Below, piece by piece: positions 1-14,345 of a stretch of DNA of 64,000 nucleotides; position 1 is the first letter of the stretch, and each line of letters begins with the position of its first letter. Source of the DNA: Mobula hypostoma (Eukaryota); NCBI RefSeq assembly GCF_963921235.1, contig NC_086108.1, positions 17,484,001 through 17,548,000 on the forward strand, given 5' to 3'. A program made the translations under genes and the position numbers. The notes beneath the pieces were generated by a model that worked only from the letters and a program-made list of their open reading frames with translations, did no database searches and was not told where the DNA came from.

Positions 1-83
1 CAACATCGGGAACAATCTTCCTGCATCTAGCCTGTCCAATCCCTTTAGGATTTTATACGTTTCAATCAGATCCCCCCTCAATC
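1..83 (-). mobile_element. CR1 LINE fragment (C-terminal ORF2) continuing beyond the window start
   Basis: Reverse complement matches CR1 RT C-terminal sequence seen near 17880-17960 and 34780-34860. Confidence 0.8.
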
Positions 84-1552
84 CGGGATGGTGCCGGAGG
101 ATTGGAGTATTGCTCATGTTTTCCATTGTTTAAAAATGTTTCTAAGAGTAATCCTAGCAATTATCGGCCTGTGAGTTTGATGTCAGTGCTGGGTAAATTG
201 ATGGAAAGTATTCCTAGAGATGGTATATATAATTATCTGGATAGACAGGGTCTGATTAGGAACAGTCAACATGTATTTGTGCGTGGAAGGTCATGTTTGA
301 CAAATCTTATATAATTTTTTGAAGAGGTTACTAGGAAAGTTGATGAGGGTAAAGCGGTGGATGTTGTCTCTATGGACTTCAGTATGGCCTTTGATAAGGT
401 TTCACACGGAAGGTTAGTTAGGAAGGTTCAATCGTTAGGTATTAATATTGAAGTAGTGAAATGGATTCAGCAATGGCTGGATGGGAGACGCCAGAGAGTA
501 GTGGTGGATAACTGTGTGTCAGATTGGAGGCCGGTGACTAGTGGTGTGCCTCAGGGATCTGTACTGGGTCCAATGTTGTTTGTCATATACATTAGTGATC
601 TGGATGACAGGGTGGTAAATTGGATCAGTAAGTATGCAGATGATACTAAGATAGGTGGAGTTGTGGACAATGAAGTAGGTTTTCAAAGCTTGCAGACAGA
701 TTTAGGCCAGTTAGAAGAGTGGGCTGAAAGATGGCAGATGGAGTTTAATGCTGATAAATGTGAGGTGCTAGATTTTGGTAGAACTAATCAAAATAGGACA
801 TACATGGTAAATGGTAGCGCATTGAAGAATGCAGTAGAACAGAGGGATCTAGGAATAATGGTGCATAGTTTCCTGAAGGTGGGATCTCATGTGGATAGGG
901 TGGTGAAGAAAGCTTTTGGTATGCTGGCCTTTATTAATCAGAGCATTGAGTATAGGAGTTGGGATGTAATGTTGAAATTGTACAAGACATTGGTGAGGGC
1001 AAATTTGGAGGATTGTGTACAGTTTTGGTCACCGAATTATAGGAAAGGTGTCAACAAAATAGAGAGAGTACAGAGAAAATTTGCTAGAATGTTACCTGGG
1101 TTTCATCACCTAAATTACAGAGAAAGGTTGAACAAGTTGGGTCTTTATTCTTTGGAACGTAGAGGTTTGAGGGGGGGACTTGATAGAGGTATTTAAAATT
1201 ATGAGGGGGATAGAGTTGACGTGGATAGGCTTTTTCTATTGAGAGTCGGGGAGATTCAAACAAAAGGACATGAGTCGAGAGTTAAAGGGCAAAAGTTTAG
1301 GGGTAACATGAGGGGGAATTTCTTTACTCAGAGAGTGGTAGCTGTGTGGAATGAGCTTCCAGCAGAAGTGGTTGAGGCAGGTTCAATGTTGTCATTTAAA
1401 GTTAAATTGGACAGCTATATGGACAGGAAAGGAATGGAGGGTTATGGGCTGAGTGCAGGTCAGTGGGACTAGGTGAGAGTAAGAATTCAGCACGGACTAG
1501 AAGGGCCGAGATGACCTGTTTCCGTGCTGTAATTGTTATATGGTTATATGGT
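84..1552 (+). mobile_element. 5'-truncated CR1 LINE (RT to 3' tail), degraded
   Basis: ORFs 102-314, 357-1196 (GVPQGSVLGP, YADD) and 1221-1472. The 3' tail is the short repeat gttatatggttatatgg. Confidence 0.93.
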
Positions 1553-1746
1553 TTATGTTTGATTTGTTTTTCTTTTGAATATTGATCTCTGATGCTACAG
1601 GTATGTGCCTATGATAGGAACATAGAAACAGAGAAAAGCCTACAGCATAATACTGGCCTTTCGGCCCACAATGCTGTGCCGAACATGTACTTTAGAAATT
1701 ATCTAGGGTTACTCATAGCCCTCTATTTTTCTAAGCTCCATGTACA

Positions 1747-2411
1747 TGTAAGGGGGTTTCGTCTTTTATGTTACTGCCTAGGCTAATTAAAATAGCTTCT
1801 TTGTTATGTTACACTTGGGAATGCTTCTTTGTTATGTTAAACACTGAGAAAGTTCTTGTGCTAGCGGCTTGTTTTGGGTTAGAGAGTGATAAGAATATGT
1901 TATGAACCAATTGGGATAGTTGTTATGTTTTTGGTATAATCTGTAAGATATTGTATGCGTGGGGTTTTGGGGCAGAAGGTGGGAGAGAGAGACAGAGGAT
2001 GGACCAGGTGCTGTGATGTCCGCCAATGGGGTTGGACCCCGAGTGGGCCATTCAGCAAGGAGAGGAGATGGAGACGGACTCATGTGAAGCGTCTGGTCGA
2101 CCACTGTTGTTGGTCCTAGGCGGCCGGTCGAGGTGGTCCGAGGGGTTGCAGGGTGAAGAAGAAGTGTCCTGAGCTCCAACTGTTTGTGCACGACGAGATT
2201 GAACTTTGATAAGTGTGGCACCTTTTATTTTCCTTTTATCTATAAACTGTAAATCATTTAATCGTATCTGGTGTATTGTCTGTTATTTGGGCGGGGTGGG
2301 GTACATCACACAGCATCCACACAAACTAATTACCCAGTTTGGCGGGGCCGAGGGCTGTTTCCCTAGACGACAGCGAGCCGAGCGACTCTGAGGCTGGCCA
2401 GGTGGGCTACA
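1747..2411. mobile_element. Solo LTR (665 bp) with 4-bp TSD TACA
   Basis: Begins TGTA and ends TACA. TACA is duplicated at 1743-1746 and 2412-2415, and the flanking CR1 rejoins cleanly. Confidence 0.8.
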
Positions 2412-2713
2412 TACATATCCAGGAGTCTATTAAAAGACCCTACTCTATCTGCCTCCACCACAGTTGCTGGCAGCCCATTCCACGCACTCACCACTCTGAG
2501 TAAAAAACTTACCCCAACATCCCCTCTGTACCTACTTCGAAGCACCTTAAAACTGTGCCCTCTCGTGTTAGCCACTTCAGTCCTGTGAAAAAGCCTCTGA
2601 CTATCCACATGATCAACACCTCTCATCATCTTATACACCTCTATCAGGTCACCTCTCATACTCCGTCGCTCCAAGGAGAAAAGGCCAAGTTCACTCAACC
2701 TATTCTCATAAGG

Positions 2714-3882
2714 CAGCGGTCCCCAACCACCGGGCCGCGAGAAAACGATATGATTTGGCGATATGAGTCAGCTGCACCTTTCCTCATTCCCTGTCACACC
2801 CGCTGTGGAGCTTGAACGCACGCGAGGTCATTATGCACGAGGTCATTACCCGCGCGTCATCCATGTCAGCGCGGGAAGGAGATCAACTCCTCGAGCTTGC
2901 AAATGATGGTGGGCTGAAAAGTATGTTTGACATAACATCTCTGCCGGCATTCTGGATCAAAATCAAGGCTAAATATCCTGAGATAGCCACGAAAGCACTG
3001 AAAACGTTGCTTCCATTTTCAACGTATCTCTGCAACGAATGCAACGAAAACTAAATTGCGGAATAGACTGGATATAAGGAACCCTCTTCGAGTATCGCTG
3101 TCTCCCATCACCCTTCAATGGGACTGTCTTGTTGTAGGGAAACAAGCCCAGGGCTCCCACTGATTCAGCGATATTGGTGTGTTGCAATGATTTTATATGT
3201 TCATACGGGGAAAACATGTGCTGTGTGTTTAATATTCAAACGTTACTTAAAATGTTATGATGATATTGACTTATAAGTGACTTATATAACCATATAACAA
3301 TTTCAGCATGGAAACAGGCCATCTCGGCCCTTCTAGTCCGTGCCGAACGCTACTCTCACCTAGTCCCATCGACCTACACTCAGCCCATAACCCTCCATTC
3401 CTTTCCTGTCCATATACCTATCCAGGTTTTCTTTAAATGATAATATCGAACCTGCCTCTACCACTTCTACTGGAAGTTCGTTCAACACTTACTTCAAGCT
3501 CCCCTGTCCTCCCCTGATAATTGACTTATCACTGTATTCATGCGAGGAAAATACACGCTGCGTGTTTAATATTAAATTCGTTAGATAAACCCATTTAGAA
3601 ACGAAATTGAGTGTATTAGCCATTTATCAGCTATACTCCGGTCGTGAATAACACGCCAAAAACGATTTGTAGAAAAAATCGTCACATACACGCATGGGCA
3701 CTGGTGCCCGCGCAAGGCTTCATGGTCATTGTAGTCTTCCTCTGGGTAAGGTCAATGTATTTGACTGCTATTCTTGTCCGTTAGCAACCGTACCCACCCC
3801 CCCCACCCCCGGTCCGGCCGGTCCGCAAGAATATTGTCAATATTAAACTGGTCCGCAGTGCAAAAAAGGTTGGTGACCCCTG
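2714..3882 (+). mobile_element. Non-autonomous hAT (Charlie/Buster-like) element, copy 1, 1169 bp
   Basis: TIRs CAGCGGTCCCCAACC / GGTTGGTGACCCCTG. 8-bp TSD TCATAAGG at 2706-2713 and 3883-3890. Contains a hAT dimerisation-domain fragment (SLPAFWIKIKAKYPEIATKALKTLLPFSTYLC). Confidence 0.93.
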
Positions 3883-4871
3883 TCATAAGGCATGCTCCCC
3901 AACCAGGCAACATCCTTGTAAATCTCCTCTGCACCCTTTCTATGGTTTCCACATCCTTCCTGTAGTGAGGTGACCAGAACTGAGCACAGTACTCCAAGTG
4001 GGGTCTGACCAGAGTCATATATAGCTGTAACATCACCTCTCAGCTCCTGAACTTGAAGGCCAATGCACCGTTTGCCTTCTTAACCAGAGTCAACCTGCAC
4101 AGCAGCTATGAATGTCCTATGGACATGGACCCCAAGATCCCTCTCATCCTCCACACTGCCAAGAGTCTTACCATTAATACTATATTCAGCCATCATATTT
4201 GACCTACCAAAATGAACCACTTCACACTTATCTGGTTTGAACAGACGTTAACACAATTAGTACACATGTGCTTGTGCATATGACAATAAACTTGACTTTG
4301 ACATTGACTTGGACTAAAAAGGTTCTTTTACCCTTTTTTCAGTCCAAAAGCCCAGACAGCAGGAAGACAAGTCATCCATCAGTGGTATTGAGGTGACACA
4401 TGTCAGATGATTCTGGCACTGGTGAAAGGTGCTCAGTCATTACTGCCAGTACTGGGTGGTGTCTATCAGAGGTAAATTGCCACTGCTGCATTCAGTTGTC
4501 AGAATCACGCCTCGACACGAGTGTACCTCTCACAGGACACAAACCCATACCATAAGACCATAGGACAAAGGAGCAGAAGTCGGGCATTCGGCCCATCGAG
4601 TCTGCTCCGCCATTTTATCATGAGCTGATCCATTCTCCCATTTAGTCCCACTCCCCTGCCTTCTCACCATAACCTTTGATGCCCTGGCTACTCAGATACC
4701 TAAAGGTCACTGAGACAGTGGCCACAGGGACAGTGATGGGAGGGCCCATGGGGTGTTAGGCAGTGAGCCTCAGCTGTGGTTGACACAGGCTAAGGTGCTG
4801 TTAGACAGTGAGAGAAGGGAAGTCTAGACTTACCAATTAACTGATAAAAAATTCCACTATCCTTATTGTAG

Positions 4872-5100
4872 AGGTTAGTGCGACGCTATCACAGCACCAT
4901 ATTTGACTTCAATTCCTGCCACTGTCTGTAAGGAGTTTGTACATTCTCTCCATGACTGCATGGGTTTCCTCTGGGTGCTCTGGTTTCCTCGCGTGTTCCA
5001 AAGATGTACAAGTTAGTAGGTTAATAGTCATGCGTGTAAAATTGGGCAGCGCGTACTTACTGGGCCAGAAGAGCCTGTTACCATGCCGAAAATAAACAAA
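4872..5100 (+). mobile_element. V-SINE (HE1-like) copy
   Basis: V-domain-like core ggagtttgtacattctctccatgactgcatgggtttcctctgggtgctctggtttcctc...tccaaagatg, with a CR1-like 3' tail. Many related copies occur in the window. Confidence 0.7.
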
Positions 5101-5163
5101 AATAACATAAAGAATAAAACAAATGAGTAGAAAGAGAGCCAAAGGGGAATCTGTACTACATAC

Positions 5164-5324
5164 CGAATTTCCTGAACTGGCCTCCACGTACGTCTCCGTC
5201 TTGGGCTCCACGGCCAGCTCTGCTTCTAGAATCTTCTCTACCGGCATGTCATCATTAACACTGCTGCTGGGCTCTAACTCATTGTCACTTTTCTCCTTAC
5301 CCCGCTGACGCTCCTCCTGCACAG
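5164..5324 (-). CDS. rxrg: RXR coding exon 5 (T-box/hinge and LBD helix 1), 161 bp, phase 1 to 0
   Basis: [54 protein letters not shown]. Acceptor cacttgcag, donor TCG|GTATGT. The short hinge end (SSGNS) is RXRG-like. Confidence 0.95.
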
Positions 5325-5689
5325 CTGCAAGTGAAGCAAAACTGACATCAAATGGGCACTCGGTCATCCCACCTCACCCTCAGGTTCTGCTGCTCTGCCT
5401 GCGACCTGCATCTGCCAGTTCTTTCTGCCGTCAATCTGGTACACAAGTCTCTGGCTGAGGCTTCCAAGTCTCCCCTCTAATTACACACAGGGTGACTGGA
5501 TGAGCCCTCAGTGTGCAGGAGTCAGGCTGATCTCATGCACCTTAAATGCCCCAAATATCCGAGGTCTCCCTCCACTAACTCTAGCTGCATCCAGTCCCCA
5601 CCATTTGCTGTTCTCCCACCTTCTAGCTGTTGAAAAAGCCTCAACTGCTTACTGATATTTTACTGTGCCCAACCCATTTGTTACTACCC

Positions 5690-6546
<857 letters not shown>

Positions 6547-6964
6547 TCAGGCCCAGTGTGGGAAGGAGATGGTCCGCTCTCCAAAAACCAGACAGGAAGG
6601 CTCTGCCATGATTATACAGAGATTACATCACAACAGGTTGTCCCAGCTGATCTTGGAACCCCTTGCCATTGGGTATCACCTCTTCCTCCCTCCCTCACAT
6701 CCCCAACCAGCACATCTCTTCATCTGGACCAAGGCAACATCCACATTCCCATCCCTGTCTGTTTCCTGAAGGCTCTTATTTCATTTATTAAAGACTCATG
6801 CACATTTTACGGCTTTTGACTCTGCACATGCCTCTGGGCCCTTCATCACTCCACAATTTTTTCTCCTGGAATGGTCCTACCTGATTGATACACTCCCTCT
6901 GTTCTGGGATCATCATTGTAAATGTCTCGTGCACATTTCTCTGTTGCTTCACAAAGGCTAGTAG

Positions 6965-7085
6965 TGCTGTCAAGGATGCCTGCCACCCTGGCCATTCCCT
7001 GTTTTCTCTGCTACCTTCTGAAGAAGATACCAGAGCTTGAAAGCCCAGATGTCACAACTTAAGAACAGCTTCTTCCCCACTGTGT
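6965..7085 (+). mobile_element. Rex1/Babar-like LINE 3' fragment
   Basis: Encodes an HPGHSLFSLLPS..RYQSLKAQMSQLKNSFFP-type C-terminal motif. Confidence 0.6.
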
Positions 7086-7449
7086 TCTAATTCTCTTTCA
7101 CATCCCCTTTCTGGTGATGCTGATAAATCCTCAACCCTTAATTCCACCTCTCTTGGTCACTCCGTGGTTATCATGTTAGCATTTCCTTCAGCATCACTTC
7201 AGATTATGCTAAAATCTTTGCAGTGTTGTATTTATTATTACCATGTATACTCTGGGAGTTTTACACACACAAGGAATTTCCTTACAGTGTTCATGATAAA
7301 CTTAATATTAATTTTAATATGCCCTCTAACATCCTTTAATCTGGTATGCTTGAGACTTTGATAGAGCTGGACCGGCAGATTTACTGGAATACACCATGTT
7401 AGTTTAATTAATACACCTACACAATTTAATTCACTTTTTATTGTATGAT

Positions 7450-7832
7450 GTTAAGAGACAACCTGACAGAAGTTTATGAAATTCTGAGAGGCATAGAAAG
7501 GGTAGGTAGGCAGTCTTTTTATAGAATGTAAGTGTCAAATACAAGAGCGTAGAAGTTTAAGAAGAGAAGAGTAAAATTTAAAGGAGATTTAGCGGGGGAC
7601 AAGATGTTTTTTACACAAAGAGTGGTAGTTGGCTGGAATGGGCTGCCAGAGGATATGGTGGAGGCACAAGTGATAGCAGCATTTAAGGGTGGGGGGTTGT
7701 TGAGACAGACATATGAACAGGTAAAGGAATGGAGAAATAGGGACTAAGTGCAAGCAGGTATGATCGGTTTAAATTGGTATCATGTTTGGCATAGGCAGGG
7801 CTTGTTCCTGCACTGTAGTGTTCTATGTTCTG
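7450..7832 (+). mobile_element. Old CR1 3' fragment
   Basis: tttttacacaaagagtggtagttggctggaatgggctgccagag motif and gttctatgttct tail. Confidence 0.7.
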
Positions 7833-8494
7833 TGTGTCATTGTAACAGTAACACTTCTATGAATCTGGTAAGATTCAAGGTCCTGGGGGATACATTACCA
7901 GGTGAGCTTGGGTACCAGGTGAATGAATGGGAATGAGGACAACCATCAGCCAGTGAATTGGCTGCTGAGCCATCAGGATTACCCGATGGTCAGATGCTGG
8001 ATTAGTGGAGATTTACTGGTAATATGATCAAAAGGATGCAAACTAAAACTGTCACATTGTTTGGACGTTTAATGTGCAAGCTTGCTGCTGGATTTCTTGC
8101 AGTGAAAGGTGAACAACAGTTTGGAAAGATTTGAGAAGCATCATATTAATTCTCATTTTGGTGTACTTTCCAATGTTCTGTACAAGCTGAGCTTGCTCCA
8201 AGTCTAGGCACACTCCCCACAAGTGGAGTCTGTATGTTCTCCTGAGTGCTCCAGTTTACTCCTAGATCCCAAAGACATGGGGATTGGTGGGTTAATTGAC
8301 CTTGGTGTGGGGTTGAGTGGAGTTAATGGGGTAAGGGAGAATGGGTTAAAGGAAAATTAGTGGGACTGTTCAGTTGTCCAGCATGGACAAGAGGCTGTAT
8401 GGCCTTATTCTATGCAGTAGGGCAGGCATACCTTTTTCCAGCTGTCCACTTGACTGAAAGTAGAAATACCAGTAAATTAAACAAATACTGCCAC

Positions 8495-8620
8495 TAAACC
8501 CCCCTCTCCATCACTCCCATCCCAACACCACTCCATCCCGTCGCCACTCCCGTCCCATCACCACTCCCGTTCTGTCGCCACTCTCATGCAGTCACCACTT
8601 CCGTTTCAGTACCACTAAAC
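8495..8620. repeat. Short degenerate tandem repeat (ccactcccatcccatca-like)
   Basis: Repeated ccactccc.tc...tc. units. Confidence 0.6.
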
Positions 8621-10135
8621 CCTCTTTCTCCCCCACCTCCAACCCATCACCCTATTACCATTTTATACCTCCCATGGGCTTCTCATTCTGTGTTCTTTCT
8701 TGTAATACTTGTGTATAAGTTATGTTTAATGACTTGTGTATAATTTTATGTTTAATAACTAGTGTGTAATTTATGCTTTATGTTTTTTCTCTGGTGAATG
8801 CTGCTTATCTGATGCTCTGTGCCTGTGATGCTGCTGCAAGTAAGTTTTTCATTACACCTGTGCACACATGGACCTGTGCAGGTAACAACAAACCCAGGTC
8901 TTCCTGCAATGTCCCCTTGCCTCACCTCCACCTCAGGAGTGAAGCTATCCTGGCATCACCGCCTCCCCCATCACTTTTGACAAGAACAATGTACCTTTAC
9001 CTTGGCACCTTGGAGGAACCTGTGAGCAATGTGTAGAACATATCTTTGGGATGGAGGAAGAATGGTAGAAAAACTAAAGTTCCATTCTGGAGGAAATTCT
9101 TCAGGGAAACTGGGAGGAATGGGACTGAATAGAGTGTCCTGACGCCAGCCCCCTAGGCCTGAGTCGACATAGTGGTAGTAGTAGAGTGTCCTGAAGGGGC
9201 TAGCACAGACTGAACAGGCCACATCCAGTTCCAGGTGCTGACATCCCAGTTCCAAGTCAAGAATGGGTCATAGGGTCCACAGAGTCTCAGCTCTCCCACT
9301 CCCCCCACCCCCATCCCACTCTCCTCAAGAATGAGTCCTTTTGGTTTTGGAGAGTGTGGGGAGAAAACAGCAAGGTAGGGTACTACCACCCCACCCTACC
9401 CCTCTCGTGGACCCCATCATGACCTCGGCATGGGTGATTGCCTCACCGTTTCCCACTACCCAGCAGGTTGCTGCTGATGGAATCTGCCTTTGTGCGCAGT
9501 GCTGTTGATTACGACAGTCATTCCTTTTCCTTGTTGGTCAAAATGCTTGTCGGGATCTACTAACTACACCACTCACAAATGCAGAGTGTCCTAATCAAAA
9601 CATTCATAATGCAAAACATCTGAACGTAGTTGCTGGGTTCATCAATGATTTAAACACTGCAAAGCTCGGGTAGATCCCTGTGCTCTCATTTATATTAAAA
9701 CCAAAAGCAATGGGTTGAATTTCTGCAGTGGTTTTCTGTCTTCAGAACAATCCAGAATACAATGTAGCCAACTCTATCCTTCTGAATTGTGGCCACCATT
9801 ATAAAGTTGGAAGCAGGGCAGACAGTTTTGGCCCAGAAATATCTCACAAAAACAATTGGATAATAACTGATGCATTGGGAGTTGTCGCCATCTGAATCTT
9901 GATATGCTGGAATATCTCATCCTGCTATCACAGTGGCATGGATTTATCACAATTAGTCAAGACTCAGTTTAATGTGGTTTTGGAAAGACAACACCTCTGG
10001 CCATTTTAGTTCTATATTTCCTCTCCACATACACTGCCTGATTAGCTTATTTTTTTTAGTTGTCCTTCTTATACATTGAATAGCACAGCCCTCCCTCAGT
10101 ATTGTCCTTCCCAGTTTGACTCCCCATACCACCCA

Positions 10136-13100
10136 TTTTTTTTTTACAAAATTAAAAGTTTATTTACATAACAAATACAGAAGGTACAGACATTCAGTAA
10201 GTATACACAGATTAAAATATCGTTACTACCATCTATAAAACAGTCAATACCATGGGGAGCCCACCGCCCCTGGAAATCCCCAATGTATGCATTGCGACTG
10301 TATGCTCCCGCTCCAAGGACAGCTGGGCATGAATGTATCCTAGGAAAAGGGGCAGGCAGTCTTGGCCAACCCCAGGAGCAAGCCCATCAGGAGATCCTTC
10401 TCACCACCTGCCCCCTTCCGAACTGGGTCCCCGTATATGAGGAGCACAGAACTAAAATGCAGCCAGAACCTCAGCAGCAGCCCCTTTAGAAACTCAAACA
10501 GAAGCTGCAACCTCTCAGATTCCGTGTAAGTACAGTACACTGACTCCTCACCACCACAGAATGGACAGATGGACAGCCTGCTCAAAAACCTGTTGTACAG
10601 TACTGCCCAATGCAACATCTGTCACCCCAGGTCCCCATGGTATGGAGGAAGGATCCCTGCATAAAGAGACTTTTACTGGGGACCTACTCTTCTGCCAGAT
10701 GGTAACACGGACTGCCAAGGTGAGTCTGGTCTGCAGACGAAGGAAAGGAAGTGAAAGGTGTACAGGAGCAGCTTGTATAAGAAACACTTCAGAGTGTCAC
10801 GGAAGGGCACGGTGGGCATCCCCGCGAGATGGCTTATGTCATGCGGGACCCTCTCCTGCATGGTCTCCTTTGTCCTGGGTCCAACGAGCACATCGGGCGG
10901 TGGTGCAACCAGAATCCCTCCACTTCCCTGCCACCCCCGACACCCACTGTGATAGGATCAGGATCAGTTCCCCCAACAGCTAGAGCACTGCCCAATGGCA
11001 CAGGAGCACCCTGCCTAGATGAGGCTAGTCCCCATGCAATTCGCAGTTCCCTGCAGAAGCAGGGTAGTTCTCTCAAAGCGGCACGGCTGAAGCCGTCCAC
11101 CGGGATTCATATGCCCTCCTGCGGAGAAAGTGTATCGCCAGCGTATGCCATTTCGGAGGGTGGTCACAGTACAGGTATCACTGCAGGGTTCTGAGGCAAA
11201 GAGCTGCCAGCTTGGTGTGCATGCACACCCGAGACTAACTGCCCTCTGCGATTGGAAGACTCAGGACCACTGCAGAGACCCAAGGCCTCCTACTGCCCCA
11301 GAAGAAGTCCTCCAGCCTCTTCTGGATCCTGGATACAAACGTTGTGGGTGGGACTAAAGTAGTCAGCTGGTATCACACCATGGAAGTGACCAGCGCCCCA
11401 GCCAAGCAGAGACTTTTGTCTCTAAATACTGCCAGTTCGCTGGCCGGGGCTTCTCTGTCGAGATCAGGTAGACCCCCAAGTAGAGGAGGTGTGTGATGCT
11501 CTATGCAAAGGGCCTCAACCCCTCTGGTAGGGAGTCCACCTGCCACTGACCCACCAAATGGCCCACACTCTTCTCCCAGTTGACCCTTGTAGACAATGCA
11601 TCCGAGAAGACCTACTGGCAGTCTTGCAGCCTCTGCAAGTCATCTGGGTCAGTGACAATAAGGAGGATGTCATCGGCGTAAGCCGACAGGAGAAACTCCA
11701 TGTCTGGTTCATGTAGAACCAAACCCATTAACCTCTTGCAGAGAAGGCACAGGAATAGCTCCACGCAAACCAACTGTCTCGACATGGGGTACCCTGACTC
11801 ACCCCTGCCCCAAAGCACAAGGGTGCTGTCAAGGACCCATTGATCTTAACTATGCACTCTGCGGCAGTGTACAGCAGTCAGATGTGGGCCATAAAATGCT
11901 TGCAGAGACCCAAAAAGGTACTCGTGGTCCACCCTGTCAAATGCCTTCTCTAGGTCGAGGGAGAGAAGAGCGAATGACATTCCAGCCTCCTGGCACAGGT
12001 AGACCAGATCCCTGACAATGTGGATATTGTCCTGGATTGACCGCCTCGGGACCGTGTAGGACTGGTTAGGGTGGACCACTTGCGCCAGCACGGAGCCCAG
12101 ACAATTGGCCATTGCCTGGGCAAAGATCTTGTACTCCACAATGTGGAGGGATACTGGGCGCCAATTCTGCAGGCAATGAAGATCCCCCTTCTTTGGCAGC
12201 AGGGCCACGACTGCTCTGCGCCAGGAGAGGGGCATCTCACCCATTGCCATACTCTCCTCCGGTACTCCTGCATGATCAGCACCTGTCCCAGAAGGCCCGG
12301 AGGAGTTCGACGATCAACCCATCTAGTCCTGGGGACTTGCCTCTCTGTAGCCAGTTGAGGGCACTGGTCAGCTTCACCGAAGTTAGCGGTACATCAAACC
12401 ACTCAGCACACCCAGGGCTGACCCTCGGCAAGTCCTCCCACAGATTCTTGTGTGCATCCTCACTGCATGGGTCCGGCGAGATTAGAGCTTCAGAAAAGAA
12501 ATGAACTTCTGCAACAATTCTCGTCGGATCCGTGATGGAGGAGACATTCTCAGCCAGTAATTCCACGAGCTGCCAGCGAATACACCTCTTCTCAACAGAG
12601 TAGAAGAAAAGTGAGGCCTGGTCCAGATTCTGCAGCATCTGGACCCGTGATCTCAGGTATGCGCCTTGGGACCTCTCAAGCTGCAGGTGCCTCAGGACTT
12701 CTTTCTTCCGCTGGTACTCATCCCAATGGTCCCCACTGATTGGCCCTAGCCAGGACTCCAAGTCAATCAACTCCTTCTCGAGCCTATCAACCCTGGACAT
12801 CAACGTGCATATTCCTGGCAGAACAGTCAGACATGAGCCTTGCCCATATCCCACCTGAGCCTCAGAGAGGCAAAACTCCCCTGCTTCTCCTGCCAGGTAT
12901 TCAAGAACTGCTGGAACGAATCCCGGAACCAGCCATCTCCAGCAGCCGGTTGTTGAAATGCCAGTACATGGACCCTACCCATGCTGGCAGCCCATTCAGC
13001 TCTGCCCACACCAGTAGGGCTCTGAGCACACAACCGGCTGCATGGAGGTAGCCAACACCTGGAACACCTACGCCCTGCAGGTGTACAGTTGATTTATCCC

Positions 13101-14345
13101 CGAGCCCCCACCCTCTCCATACCTCCTTGAGAAACACAGAGGTCATGGTGAAGGCTCTGCCAAACAACGACCAACTCCGAGGACACAACTTCCTCACCGA
13201 TGCTCGACTACCCTTTCCTTGAGGGTTCTGTTGAAATCACCCTCCAGGATAATGCACTCGCTACGATCTATGACCCCAGCAATGCAGACACCTCTTGGAA
13301 CAGGCGCACCTGTGTCGGGTCGGGCTCAGGGGCGCACGCATTTACAAAATGCATTGGCATGCCATCCTGATGCACGGCGAGGTGAAACAGACAGCCAGGC
13401 ACAAGTTTCTGAACCGACATTATTTCAGGCTGGGAAAAAAGGGGCCAAAATGATGGCTACCCCACTGGAAGTAGAGCTGAGGTGGCTCATGTGGACCACC
13501 TCTTGCCATTTCCAGAATCCAGGTGGATTAGTCTCCTGGAACAGCGTGAGTTTCCTTCAGGAAGCTCACCGCATATCTCCTGTCCTGGAGGACAGAGAGA
13601 TGATGGACTCCCCCTACCGCCATTGATGTTAAGGGTCACAACACTCAGCTTCATGGCGCATCTTATTGAAACCCCTCACCAGAGCCCCTGGGAGAAGAAG
13701 CAGAGCTCTCCTTCGAGCCCTCTCCCGTCTTTGCCCTACAACCCTTCTCCAGGGACTCCAAGATCCTCTTAGCAACACTCACAACACGCTGGAGGAACTC
13801 AGCAGGTCGGGCAGCATCTGTGGAGACGATGAGTCAACGTTTTCTGGCTGTAATCCTTCGTCAGAACTGTAGAGGGAAGGGGCAGAGGCCCTATAAAGAA
13901 GGAGTTTCTTAAACTGGCGCCTCTCCTTACGGGTCACCTCAGCTCCCCTCCCCTTCTTTTGGAGGACCATGTGGATTGATGAAACTACCCCTTCCAGAAC
14001 TGACGAGCGACCTGTGGCCAACTGGGACTTGAAAGGTTTCCTCCAGTAGTCCCTCACGACAGCCCAATTTCCTCCAGAGTCCCTCCCCAAGGAATACCTG
14101 CTTTGAGTGTGCAGTCTTGTACAAAGGCACATCTATCTCCCCACACGATCTCTCTACAGTGGCGCTGCTCACCAGCCTGGAGGTCAGCCTGGAAGATGCC
14201 TTCCCAGCAGAGGGTCCCTGGACGACAGCTCGAGGGAACAAACTCTGCATATACAGCCTTTGCAGGGGGTAAATCCTTTTCCTCCTCCTCTGGCTCCTGA
14301 TCCCCAGTCTCAGGGAACACATCCCTCCGTCATTTCAGGCCACAG
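10136..14345 (-). mobile_element. Tx1-like (L1 clade) non-LTR retrotransposon, degraded near-complete ORF2
   Basis: APE endonuclease start MKLSVVTLNINGG at 13654. RT pieces GKSPGLDGL, SWRRAVVALLPKKGDL..LQNWRPVSL, SLDLEKAFDRVDHEYL and LSAYADD. C-terminal CPFCGGEES. AATAAA (10159-10164) precedes A10 (10136-10145). The 5' boundary is approximate. Confidence 0.88.
13778..13895 (-). mobile_element. Penelope-terminus-derived repeat with degenerate hammerhead motif, within or next to the 5' part of the Tx1 element
   Basis: Reverse complement resembles 35520-35623. Minus strand reads cagttCTGACGAaggattacagccaGAAAAcgttgact. Confidence 0.7.

Larger units (their letters stand above)
1614..4243 (-). mobile_element. 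5'-truncated CR1 LINE interrupted by a solo LTR and a hAT element
   Basis: RT C-terminal ORF pieces 2363-2698 and 3752-4036 (LVRPHLEYCAQFWSP). The sequence is colinear with the CR1 at 54245-55000 once both inserts are removed. Confidence 0.9.

Noticed and set aside
4909..5367. 152-aa ORF as a standalone protein
   Set aside because: Only 5164-5324 is exon. The rest is intron and V-SINE read-through.
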